Position numbers and translations under genes: made by a program. From Octopus sinensis (taxonomy: Eukaryota), in NCBI RefSeq assembly GCF_006345805.1, contig NC_043009.1, positions 51,522,001 to 51,586,000 of the forward strand: a stretch of DNA of 64,000 nucleotides, written 5' to 3'. The notes beneath the pieces are model-generated. The model worked only from the letters and a program-made list of their open reading frames with translations, was not told the DNA's origin and made no database searches. The number at the start of each line of letters is the position of its first letter. Position 1 is the first letter of the stretch. Below, piece by piece: positions 25,871 to 38,314 of this stretch.

Positions 25871-26349
25871 TGTTTGTAATGTCTTAACCGGAGGTTGCGA
25901 TAGTGATAAGTAGTCGTTTGCAAAAGTCATGGTAACGGTTGTGGTTTGTGCGGTGGTAATGGCTGCGATGATGTTAATGGTTGCGATCGAGCTTGTTTGA
26001 TGCCGGTTCTGCTTGTATATTTTTGGTTATAGTGGTTACATGATGGTTGTAATAATTCAGAGGGTGGTTGCAGAATTATTTATAGTTGTGGTTGTTTGGA
26101 TATATCTGGTGGTAGAAATGGTCTTGGTGGGAGTAGTTGCAGTGGTGAGTGTTGTTGATAGTTGCAGTGATGGTAGTGATGGGTGTTGCATTTTTGGCAG
26201 TGCTCCGTTGTAAAGCATAGCGCTTGCGGCAGCCGTACGCTCGTTCGTGTTAGTGGCAATGGTGGAAGCGAAGCGATAGTAGAATGTTCGATGGAGAAAA
26301 TTATGAGGGTCTTTGTTAGCTGTTGTTGATTGTTATGTTGGCGTTACTC

Positions 26350-26564
26350 TTTTACTTGTTTCAGTCATTTGATTGTGGTCATGCTGGAGCACCGCATTTA
26401 GTCGAGCAAATCGAACCCAGGACTTATTCTTTGTAAGCCTGGTACTTATTATATCGTCCTCTTTTGCCGAGCCGCTAAGCTACGGGTTCGTAAATACACC
26501 AGCATTGGGCGTCAAGCGCTGATGGGGGGACAAACCAGACACACAAACATATACACACGCATAT

Positions 26565-26611
<47 letters not shown>

Positions 26612-26940
26612 ATATATATATATATATATATATATAGATAAAGGGAAATTTTACGAAAATAACAAAGACGAAAGCAGGTGGAGTACAAACAAACAAATGT
26701 ACTATATATAGCGCTCAGGAATAGAAATAGAAAAAAGTCTTTTACGTTTTGAGCCTACGCTCTTCGACAGAAAGATACACAGAAAAAAAACAAGGAGAGA
26801 AAAAAATGCGTGTAGGAGCTTTCGATCTATCATGGATATATATATATATATATATATAATATAATAATATATATATATATATACATACATATATATGACG
26901 GGCTTCTTACAGTTTCCGTTTACCAAATCCACTCACTCAT
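26350..26940 (-). mobile_element. SINE family A split by an insertion in its internal (TA)n (3' half 26350-26560, central part 26893-26940; head missing)
   Basis: Both halves match family A in the same orientation and flank (TA)n plus hammerhead copy 4. Confidence 0.8.
26703..26778 (-). ncRNA. Degenerate hammerhead-like motif, copy 4 (subfamily II) in a repeat spanning ~26641-26838
   Basis: Minus strand reads cttt-CTGTCGA-A-GAGC-gtag-GCTC-AAAACGT-AAAAGACTTTT...gagc-GCT. G12 and U16.1 are mutated, so it is probably inactive. Confidence 0.4.
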
Positions 26941-29634
26941 CTGGGGTGTCATACAGCAACCACACCGTTGCATATTTGACACCCCTGGAGATATATTTAA
27001 TGGTTGGCAGATGTTCCGCCAACTCTTGCTCAATCATCTGCTTGGAGAAGACAGCAGTGGTGTCGAGAACCTTCGAATACGTTCTCAACACCACCGTCCT
27101 CTCCTCTTGCTGTCTGAGCCACTACTGAGGTGGGACAATATCCCACTCTCTGTAATCTTATCCGTATTTTTTGCCATGTCTTAAATTAAAAAGTAAAATG
27201 TCCAAAACAATAGTTCACAAATTTCAAAAAGAAAAGATATTAAAAGGAAACAAAAGGTAAGAAGAGAAAAAGCAAACAGTTCAATAAGAGAGTCACAATA
27301 GAAGAAGAAAAGCAACAGTTCAGCAAAACACAGCAAAAAATATCTTCTGGGCATTCAGATACTCCAAACCCTATGGTACTCCGATTAGAACCTGGTCTGC
27401 TCCACCTGAAATACAGCTTTCCAATTATTGGTAAACGTGGTTGTAAAATTACACACTATTCATAAACAGCGAACAACTTTTGGTGGCAAACTATACTTCT
27501 CACGATGAGAAGAAAGTTTTTCACTTAATGTGAACACTTGAAATACAGCTTTCCACTTAATGGTAAATGTTGTTGTAAAAACATACACTATTAAAAAAGT
27601 GAACAACTTTTGATTGAAGGGTACGCCCCAAAACTATACTTCTCACAATGAGAAAAATTTTTTCACTTAGTGTGAACAATATTGCTGAACTGCAAGCAGA
27701 CCAACATCCTGAATCCAGTGAGGGCTCTTTGTTTGTAAAAAATATAACCACAGATAACAACCCACACTGGACCCAAAAGACAAAGTTTTACCTTGCAGCA
27801 GCTTCATTTTGGCAGGCTAAACACTGCCGGCTATCTTTTTCAGTGCACTACATAATGATGCATGCGTACACTGACCACAAAAACTCATGTGTAAGCAGTT
27901 ACTAACCACACAGCCACTCCTGACAAGAAATCTTAAATTAAAACTGGAAAATGATATACATACATACATACATGTCGATACATATGTGCATACATACTTA
28001 CATACATACATACTTACATACATGCCGATACATAATACATACATACATACATACATACATACATACATACATACATACATACATACATACATACATACGT
28101 GCCGATACATACATACGCAGAAATGTATTTTGTTTCAGTTTCTAAATGTAGAAAGAGGGAGAGAGGAACAGAGAAAGAGAAAGAGAGAAAGAGAAAGTGT
28201 ATGTGTGTGAATTTATTTGCATATGCTACAATTTCACATACACACACATTTTAAGGAATATATTCTCGTTCCCGAATCCATGCAAAAGCTATTTAGTAGC
28301 ATAAATTCAATATAAAAACATTAATGTTACATATATGATTATTATAAGCAATTGAACCAGTGTATGCTGCAAATAGTAGCACTTATAAAGTAAAATATGA
28401 AATTTCCTAAAATAAAGTATGATTTTTACACTTAATATTATAATTTTTTTATTTTTACAAACTTTTGAAAAGTCAAATTTTATATCGACTTGGGTATATC
28501 GTAACTTCCGTTATGGAAAATAACTGTTATTGTTAATGAGAATGTTATAACTCTAATAGAGATATATATATACACTAGTTGATATATCTAATCCTTTGTA
28601 TTAGATATATAAGCTGTTGGAAAATGAAGTCAGCGGAAGAGGGGCCAATATCAAGCGAACAGCTATAGACAAACATTGGCAATGGATTATTTAGGATAAC
28701 GGAATTCGTGCATACTCACCTACGCGCGCGCGCATATATATACGTAAGCATTTACGTGTCTATGTATATATATATATGTATGTATATATGCATACACAAA
28801 TACACATATGCATATGCTCAAATTATTTTACAAAAATCACACGCGCGCACTCACGCAGAAGCACACACAAACACACAAATACACACACGCACATCCATAT
28901 ATGTATATATCGTACGTTGCGTTTTGTTCCATAGTTTGTTCGTCCATCTGTTTTTTGGTGATGTATAATATACATTAAGTATATTTTAATTCACGTTCTT
29001 AATCACATTCACATATACGTTATATAATCTGTATTTTTACTTTTTATCTACTTATTATGTTGATGACTGTGTTTCATTCAAGGAATGTCTCTCGAAATAT
29101 ATGTATTATATGGTTATTTCTTTCAAATAAGTTTTTAATTCTTCCTCTGGTTCTGATATGAATTTCTATAAATTATATATTTTAACCTTAATCAATCCAA
29201 ATTTGAATATTAATTAATGTAAAAGTTCTGGAAAAATATTTTGAAAGAAGCTGAAATTCATCTTAAAAATATACTCAAATATACTCAAATTTTTCAAATT
29301 TTAAAGATAAATTTATAGAATTTTAAAAAAGATACGTATCACTTAAATAATCTGATAAAATATAACATTCAAATAGCACTCTTTAGTATTTTCCTAATAA
29401 TAACGTAATTTAAATATTTCGATGCTTTGTTTCATAATTTTAAAAACTGTTACACGTGAATAATTCTTGCCATTGTAGATATATTTCACTTCCCATATAT
29501 TTACAAAATATTATCAACCAACTCTCTCGCCGTATTCGACGCTATGCCATATTTCCTCCCATTACACATTATATCGAACTGAACGCTGTAATTGTCAAAG
29601 CCCTTGGTTCTTTATTAATATTTTGTACTGATTA

Positions 29635-29900
29635 AGGCGGCAAGATGGCTGTCATTTGGGAGGAATTCCTCATATTTATATAACTTCTGAAGTAAAACAG
29701 CGAACTGGTAGAATCTTGAGCATTCTGGACGAAATGCTATGTGGCATATTGTCCGTCTTTACATTCTGATTTCTGATGGATTTTTTTTTGGCTTGTATTA
29801 TTTCGGGTTCGATAAAATAAGAACAAGGAGAGAATTTGGGTCGATGTAATCGACTTACCCTCTCTCTCGCAAAAATAATGGCTTTGTACCAAAATTTAAG
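29635..29900 (+). mobile_element. Degenerate SINE family B
   Basis: aaggcggcaag...ctggtagaatcttgagc...gaaatgct...gggtcgatgtaatcgacttaccc. Confidence 0.6.
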
Positions 29901-30114
29901 ACTTCTAAAACATGATAGACATACATTTTTACCACAGAGGGAAATGCTGCATTGAGGAAACTTCGAAAATACGGAACACTTAAACGTTAAAAAATGTAAG
30001 TATTAATTAGTGTCTCTAATGAGTTCTTTATCCGATTAATGGATTTGCTTTTATATAAAGATAAAACAACTGAAATTAATATGCATATGTGTATACATTC
30101 ATACGAGAATGTAC

Positions 30115-30145
<31 letters not shown>

Positions 30146-30227
30146 TGTATGTATGTATGTATGTATGTTGTATGTATGTATGTATGTATGCAGACATGTA
30201 TTCATACATGCATATGCATATATATAT

Positions 30228-30285
<58 letters not shown>

Positions 30286-30323
30286 ACAAACTCATGGTTT
30301 TCTACATGAGTGTGTGTGCGTGT

Positions 30324-30363
<40 letters not shown>

Positions 30364-31117
30364 ATAAGCATGTAAATCGGCTGTCAGCCAGTTAAGACAT
30401 ATGAACTAGCATTAATATACCTATATCTTGCAAGACATAACATAACTTCTGCTTCTTGCAACGACACGGACAGGGGACTATGATTTCGATAATCACCGAC
30501 TCATAGATCAGTGAATTTATTCAAAATTACAACGCTTCCCTTGTTCACATCGCTGAATACGTATACCTTCAGCATGACAGCGCCGTAACTATCATATACT
30601 TTCTTTGATGGATGTACGGGTTTAATTTACCTTTTGTCTAGCGAATAAATTCTAATACCGATTTTGCTGCCGTATGATTCAAATATATGACTACTAACGT
30701 AATTTACGTCTGGTGAATGACAAACAAGACAGTGATTAGTAGCTGGACCTAATAGAAGCAGCTGTTAAAATTCACAGAAATTACACCACTTTATTTAATG
30801 TATTGCACAAGCTGATATAAATTGATCGTAGTTACGGCAAAACCTCGGGTTAAGCCAAGTATTATGTGTGGATCTGGTAGACGGGAACAGAAAGAAACCG
30901 GTCATTTTTGAAATGTAGAGGTGATTTTAAAAAAAATATTATGAAATCGGTTATGAGGATATGATTAACCTACTTTGGGAAGAAGTGTGTGAGCACTTTC
31001 GTTAAACCTTTACAAGTTATCTTTGTGGTAATGGTAGAGTTAGTTCCCGTTTATTTTCGGACTTAGGGTTTTAGTAGTAAATATTCTTTTAGCGTTGTTT
31101 ATTACATGGAGTGTTTG

Positions 31118-31370
31118 CTATTTTCGGTTAAATTGCGGATTTAGAATTCCTATAAAGTATTCTTCTTTTGCCTTTCGTAGTAGTACAATTTCGTTGTTTA
31201 TATTGTAAATTGGTAATATTTTAAATTTTCCATTTGCACAGATATCTAGATGTTCACTGCATGGGACATTCCTGAGAGATGAATGCCTAATTTGTTGTTT
31301 ATGCACATTTACTCAGCTGGTCAGTTTCCTTCCTGTCCCCCCAATATAGTGCTAATTACATTGTGAAGCA
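31118..31370 (-). mobile_element. Penelope-like element 3' remnant (C-terminal half of the GIY-YIG endonuclease)
   Basis: Minus strand reads C-N-*-H-Y-I-G-G-T-G-R-K-L-T-S-*-V-N-V-HKQQIRHSSLRNVPCSEHLDICANGKFKILPIY...LRKAKEEYFIGILNPQFN, homologous in pattern to the 7460-7690 segment. Confidence 0.8.
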
Positions 31371-32029
31371 GAAGATGAGGTTTTTTGATTTGCAATTCAT
31401 GTTGGTGTATCTAGGCGAAGGAACGAGAGAATATTGTATTTATATGAGGAATTTAAAAAAAAATAATACTATCATAAGTTTCAACAAGACCAAATTTTAT
31501 AACCATATATATAAAGATATCATATTTTTGCGAGACAGCAAATTGAGTTATATTTCATAAAAATCAATTTCGCATAACTATTTAATAATTTGCAGACGGG
31601 GTAAAAAAGAAGAAGAAAAAAGAAAGAATAGAAATGAAACTGGTGTATCTAGGCGAAGGAACGAGAAAATATTGTATCTATATGTGGAAAATTTTTTACA
31701 ATAATACTATCGTAGAATTTCGGTGTCTTCGAGGCAGTGTAGAAAGTAAACAATTTTTGAGAGACAAACCACTTCATGATTACACACACCCCACACATAT
31801 GTATGTATCTATGCATGTATGTATGTATGTATGTATGTATGTATATGATATATATATATATATGTAAGTATATGAAATATATATATATATATTATATATA
31901 TATATATATATATGTGTGTAAGTATATGAGATATATATATATGTAAGTATATGAAATATATATATATATAAATGTTACAGATAGCGAGAGAGAGAGAGAG
32001 AGAGAGAGAGGTAGGTAAATAGGTTAGTA

Positions 32030-32031
32030 GG

Positions 32032-32066
<35 letters not shown>

Positions 32067-32071
32067 GTAGG

Positions 32072-32134
<63 letters not shown>

Positions 32135-32148
32135 GTAGATAGACAGAC

Positions 32149-32179
<31 letters not shown>

Positions 32180-32203
32180 AGATAGATAGATAGATAGATA
32201 GAC

Positions 32204-32280
<77 letters not shown>

Positions 32281-32281
32281 T
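32030..32281. repeat. (GATA)n microsatellite at the 3' junction of the Tx1 element
   Basis: Directly visible. Confidence 0.97.
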
Positions 32282-34084
32282 GTTTCTTTATTAGCCACAC
32301 AGGGCTGCACACAGATAGAACAAATTACAAGGTAGAGCTTTTCTTTTGAAGGTATTAAATAAAAAAAAAAAAAAAAAAAAAGGAAGGGGGAGGTTCGATC
32401 AAAAGGGATCGTAAAAGGAGAGAAAGAGGACAAAAATAAGGGGGGTTTAAAAAAAAAAAAAAGGGGGGGAGAGGAAAAAAAAATGATCAATAGGGATCGT
32501 TATCACAGAAATGTCAATATGAAGTGTAAAGGGGAGGACAGGTGAGGTTTACCCGTGGAAAGAAAAGCCTGCGGAAAAGACCACGGTAACCTCGGTCAAT
32601 GAAGTCACATTTTATATTTCTTTTTTTTTTTTTTTTGCAAATAAGCAACTCTCTGTTTTCGATTTCTGGGTTCATAGGACTATGCTCAAGGTGGCTTCGT
32701 CATTCATACGTGCCATTCTTGCTACATTCACCCATCTTTTTTTAAAACATTCGCTAGACAAAACTTGCCTCTCTACTCTCACTTTCCTTTTCAAGTGGTA
32801 CTTGAAGAAGTTGATGAGAGATTGACCAGAGAGGAAAGTGTTTGTCTCCAATCCTTTCAGACGCGTCCACCAGATACATTCTTTCGCCATAGCCACAAGG
32901 ATGATGAAAATAGCTCTTCCTTCCCGTTTGAAGGAAGGAGGCGTGACAATATTGACGATAGACTCAGCTGATAAACCGACTCGTCCCACACGTGACAGCA
33001 GTTGTTCGACATAAGCCCACAGGTCGGAAATTGTTGGACACTGAACGAGTGCGTGCAGAACGGTTTCGTCGCTCTGACCGCATCTCGGGCAGGTCGGCCC
33101 CGTGTTTCTCGAGCCGTGTCTGTAGAGCTTATCCCGAACGGGTAGCGCTTCTCGGTAGCACTGCCAGGCCAGGGATCTCTGGAAGTTGTCCATGGGCCCT
33201 GGCCCGAAAGTCGTCCCGAACAGGCGGGTCAGGTACTCCTCGTCGACGTCCAGGTTCGCCCCGAGCTCGTCGTCGTACCTCCCCTCCACTAAACCCCTAT
33301 AGAATGCTTTGGTTGTGTTGAAGTCACTTAAGGTCGACCCAGGACGGCAGAGTTGCTTGAGAGCAACGCGACACTCGCGGTGCCATTCGCCCTTCCTCGG
33401 CCTCTTTTTGATCCACGACTGCAGTTCGGTCATGGAGACGAGCTGCGGGAAGCGTGCCTCACAAACGGCGACCACACCTGTTCACCGTCGTCTACATAGA
33501 GCCAGAGATGTCGCAGTCTCAGCGCGTGTCTGCGCATCATCAACCACGGCATGCCCAGCCCTCCTTTTAACGGGTGTTGACAGCAAATGGATCGCCTGAC
33601 CATCGGGACGCATCCTTTCCACAAGAAGCGAAAGAGGATGCGTTGTAGTTTGGTGATGGTAGGGTCGGGACAAGGTACGACGGTCAGGCGGTAGTAGATG
33701 ACGGACGCGATGTACGTGTTCGCCACCTCCACTCGACCTTTTAGGGACAGTTTCCTCTCGGCCCATTGCCGGGCGAGAGTGACCACCCTACTCGTTATCT
33801 CGTTCCAGTTCTTCTCCACTTGGAGGTCCGGACCAAACCAGACCCCGAGCAACTCAACCGGGCCGTCGGTCCAGCGTCCCACGACGGAGGCGCTGGTGGA
33901 CGGCATGGCTTGCTTCTCCAGGTGCCTAGTCGCAAGCCCACTGACTTTTCCCGGTTGATTTTCGCTCCTGTCACCGCTTCGTAGTTTTTCAGTGTCTCGC
34001 CGACCAGCTCGATGTGCTCGTGGCTAGACACTATGACGGTGACGTCGTCCGCGTATGCAGACACGCTCGTCCCGCATCCCAATT
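32282..34084 (-). mobile_element. Young 5'-truncated Tx1/L1-clade LINE (RT C-terminal part, CCHC zf-RVT and 3' UTR)
   Basis: Three overlapping stop-free frames: SAYADDVTV...YEAVTGAKINREKS (33795-34082); LLGVWFG...LSLKGRV...FLWKG...GGLGMP (33430-33906); CPRCGQSDETVLHALVQC (32672-33475). The region is GC-rich versus its flanks, with AATAAA at 32287-32292 (minus) and (GATA)n on both sides. Confidence 0.93.
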
Positions 34085-34379
34085 CTAGATAGATAGATAG
34101 ATAGATAGATGTACATATATATGATGCATGTTTATTGGGTTGGGACTTTCAACATCCGCCTTACTCAAAACGATTAGTTGAATAAACAGTTTTCCGAATT
34201 CATGTGTGGCATTTATTACATTGCTATGCTTACATATACAGACATAAGTACGCACATACATATATACATACATGCATACATACATTCATGTATACATATA
34301 TGTGTGTATGTATGTACACTTATGTACATATTTACATATATATGTCTTTCTTATTCTCTGTATACATATATGTGTTTGG

Positions 34380-34425
<46 letters not shown>

Positions 34426-35060
34426 GATGTCGCAGTACATAAAGACATATAAACAGAATTATGTAATAACTATTACATATAATTAGTTCAAAGGGAACTC
34501 CTTTCAAGGGAGGGTTAAATACTTCCTAATTCGAAGCAGGATTAAAATAAATCTAAATTGGCTACCACGTTTAGTCATTCCAGATAAATATGCCCTAAAG
34601 GGAAACACTATACTGCTACAAAATTTGCTAAGAAATATAATGACAAGTTTTTAAATATCATACTTTTTGTGTGTGAGAAAATGAAGTAACACATTATATA
34701 ATATATTTCCTGATATGTACACAACTGCGAAGGTGCGATATTGAGTATACCCATCTGAAAATTTAATAAAGCGTAGAGCTGACATGACACCAAATATATA
34801 ACAGTACTGATATTAATAACCAAATTTCATAGGAGAAAAAGAGTGACTAGTAGGGGCATAGTTCTTTGGTCGATACGTCAGAAACAGAAATCACAGCTTA
34901 TTAATTACTATCATAGAAACGAAGATCTCAATGTGAACTATAATGCTCTGTATAAATTTTTTGTCTAATTGTGGCTTCTCTGTATTCTACCATACTTCTT
35001 CAATTAAGTATCATGTCTGGTCGTACTTTACAAGATAATTTCGGAGAATATTTTAACTAA

Positions 35061-35490
35061 TAGGCCTAGGAGGGGCTATGTGGTAAGTAACTTGCTTACC
35101 AACCACATGGTTCCGGTTTTAGTACCACTGCGTGGCACCTTAGGCAAGTGTCTTCTACTACAGCCTCGGGCCGACCAAAGCCTTGTGAGTGGATTCGGTG
35201 GACAGAAACTGAAAGAAGCTCGTCGTATATATGTGTATATGTATATATATATATATGTATGTATGTATGTGTGCATATATTTGTGTGTCTGTGTTTGTCC
35301 CCCCTACATCGCATGACAACCGATGCTGGTGTGTTTATGTCCCCGTAACTTAGCGGTTCGGCAAAAGAGACCGATAGAATAAGTACTGGGCTTACAAAGA
35401 ATAAGTCCTGGGGTAGATTTGCTGGACTAAAGGCGGTGCGCCAGCATGATCGCAACCAAATGACTGAAACAAGTAAAAGAATAAAAGAGT
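35061..35490 (+). mobile_element. Full-length SINE family A
   Basis: tRNA-like head, CORE-like caccttaggcaagtgtc, internal (TA)/(TATG) and tail aagtaaaagaataaaagag. Confidence 0.92.
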
Positions 35491-35899
35491 AAATGAGACA
35501 TATTTATAAAAGATGTTTCCGACGCTATTGTAATTTTTGGAACAATAAATTATACCGAAAATCTGTAAGTATATTTAAGTTCCAATTTATGTTGACATTT
35601 TATCAAAACAAGCGTCCACGTGAGCTTTAAAGCGGACACTTACCAGTTAACAATCAGTCGCTATATTTTCCATTTAATAATGGTCATCATTTAAAGAATT
35701 TGGTAAAAATTGATAATCGGAATATATGTGCGCGCGCGTATATACATTTAGTAAAGTAGTAAAGTTATTTCCCGAGCCATATAAAATCTTGTGTCGGTTT
35801 CCCGGTTTCCCTGGCATGTGCAGGTCCGTTGCAGGACGTAGGTTTCTCTGGCATGTGTAGGTCCGTTGCAGGACGTAGGTCCGTTGCAGCAATACTCAT

Positions 35900-36040
35900 T
35901 TATACCAGCTGAATGGATTGGAACAATGTGAAATGAACTGTTTTGTTCAAGAACATAACGCGTGTCCCAGTTCAGGAATCGAAAACCACGATCTTACGAC
36001 CATGTGATCAACATCCTTACCACTAAACCACGCGCCTTCA
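35900..36040 (-). mobile_element. SINE family D head fragment
   Basis: Reverse complement tgaaggcgcgtggtttagtggtaagg...tttcgattcctg, homologous to 55273-55514. Confidence 0.7.
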
Positions 36041-36300
36041 CATACATGTATACATATATACATAAATATCATAAACGAAAATCGATTGTAGATCCAGGCA
36101 GATACCTAAAATTCACTCAGTTAAAATCCATTTTGGCTAACCATATCGAATGTCAGGAAACATTTAGAATCATTTACAATAAATAGTTATAGGTGTACTC
36201 TTTCGAGTGGTAAATCCTGAATTCTCTTCGGAGGATTTTATGTTGAATTCCACAGTATAATATGAAGGCATAATAGAGAATGAAGAATTATATATATATA

Positions 36301-36720
36301 CAGGCGCAGGAGTGACTGTGTGGTAAGTAGCTTGCTTACCAACCACATGGTTCCGGGTTCAGTCCCACTGCGTGGCACCTTGGATAAATGTCTTCTACTA
36401 TAGCCTCGGGCCGACCAAAGCCTCGTGAGTGTATTTGGTAGACGGAAACTGAAAGAAGCCCGTCGTATATATGTATATATATGTATGTGCATGTATGTTT
36501 GTGTGTCTGTGTTTGTCCCCCTAGCATTGTTTGACAACCGATGCTGGTGTGTTTATGTCCCCGTCACCTAGCGGTTCGGCAAAAGAGACCGATGGAATAA
36601 GTACTGGGCTTACAAAGAATAAGTCCCGGGGTCGATTTGCTCGACTAAAGGCGGTGCTCCAGCATGGCCGCAGTCAAATGACTGAAACTAGTAAAAGAGT
36701 AAAAAAAAAGAGTAAAAGAG
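36301..36720 (+). mobile_element. Full-length SINE family A
   Basis: caggcgcaggagtgactgtgtggtaag; B box GGTTCAGTCCC at 36356-36366; tail ends in (aaaagagt)n. Confidence 0.93.
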
Positions 36721-37021
36721 TATATATAGACGCTAAAGCCCTTAAAACTACCTTAAGATCTCCGAGAATAACACACTGTATTGTAGGCTAGCAAAAGAAA
36801 AATATAGTGTGTTATTCTCGAAGATTTTAAGGTAGTAATAGGGGCTGAGCGTTTATTTCTAGCAGTGCGTGGTGAGGCGTAAAGCCAATCTCTCGTTATA
36901 AATATGTATATAATTATAAAATATTTTGCATAATTTACCTATGAGGTTTTTATTTCCGCACTGACCACCTGGTAAGATTATTATTGATTTTACCCTTTTA
37001 TTATGATATATATATATATAT

Positions 37022-37370
37022 GTCATAGGATCGCGGTTTCGATTCCCAGACCGGGCGTTCTGAGTGTTTATTGAGCGAAAACACCTAAAAGCTCCACGAG
37101 GCTCCGGCACGGGGTGGTGGTGATCCCTGCTGTACTCTTTCACCACAACTTTCTCTCACTCTTACTTCCTGTTTCTGTTGTACCTGTATTTCAAGGGGCC
37201 GGCCTTGTCACACTCTGTGTCACGCTGAATATCTCCGTGAACTACGTTAAGGGTACACGTGTCTGTGGAGTGCTCAGCCACTTACACGTTAATTTCACGA
37301 GCAGGCTGTTCCGTTGATTCGGATCAACCGGAACCCTCATCGTCGTAACCGACGGAGTGCTTCCACTCCA
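37022..37370 (+). mobile_element. SINE family C, 5'-truncated
   Basis: Closely matches the reverse complement of 19833-20190; ends aaccgacggagtgcttccactcca. Confidence 0.9.
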
Positions 37371-38277
37371 TATATATATATGTGTGTGTGTGTGTGCAGA
37401 CATGAACATAAACCTTGTATTGATTCGATTCTACATTTACTTGATGAGAGATTTTTAGCTGGAAATAGCGAAAAAGACATATAATTCTTACGATGTTACC
37501 GAATCTCCAAACTATAATTAAGGAGAAGAATGTCTGCAAAAAAAAAAAAAAAAAAAAAAAAACACACACAACCAAAAAACGAAAGAAAATTAAAATAGGA
37601 AGAAAAGATATCACTGTTTAAATGCTTATTTCTGGTACTTTTCTTTCCCTGCAAATCGAGCCGTAATATAATGGGCAGAGAAAAGGGAATTTCCTCTCCT
37701 AACATGCTGCAATTCTCGACAGAATGACCCACACGACGTTATATTTAAAAATCAAAGACAAACAACACTGTCTTTAATCCTACACGGACCGCCAACACTA
37801 CTACCATCACCACTAACTCTGCCCTCCACCACAAGCACCATCGCCACCACCACCACCACCACCAAAACAACAACAGTATCCACCAACTGGACCAACTGCA
37901 AAGCTACCCGTACGCCACCGCCACCTCAATAATTAACGAAAACATAATACAAACGTAAATCATGGTAACTAAAATTTAAGAAATCAAAACAAAAAATTGA
38001 TTGCTTTTTCGGCATGCGGTTTCAAATACACACACACACACACGCATACACACGCACACACACACATACACACATGCTCACACACACATACACACTCACA
38101 CATATGCATACACGCACTTAAACGCGCGCACACACACACACGCAAGCTCTCACGTATATTCCTGTGTATGTATATATATATGTGTGTTTGTGTGCGCGAG
38201 TGTGTGCGTGCGTGTGTATATGTATATATATACGTGTATAGATATGTGTATCTATGTATATATACGTGTATATACAT

Positions 38278-38314
<37 letters not shown>

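Noticed and set aside
36301-36375. tRNA-like sequences with A and B boxes (many copies)
   Set aside because: No complete cloverleaf, and each continues into a shared SINE body, so they are SINE heads rather than tRNA genes.
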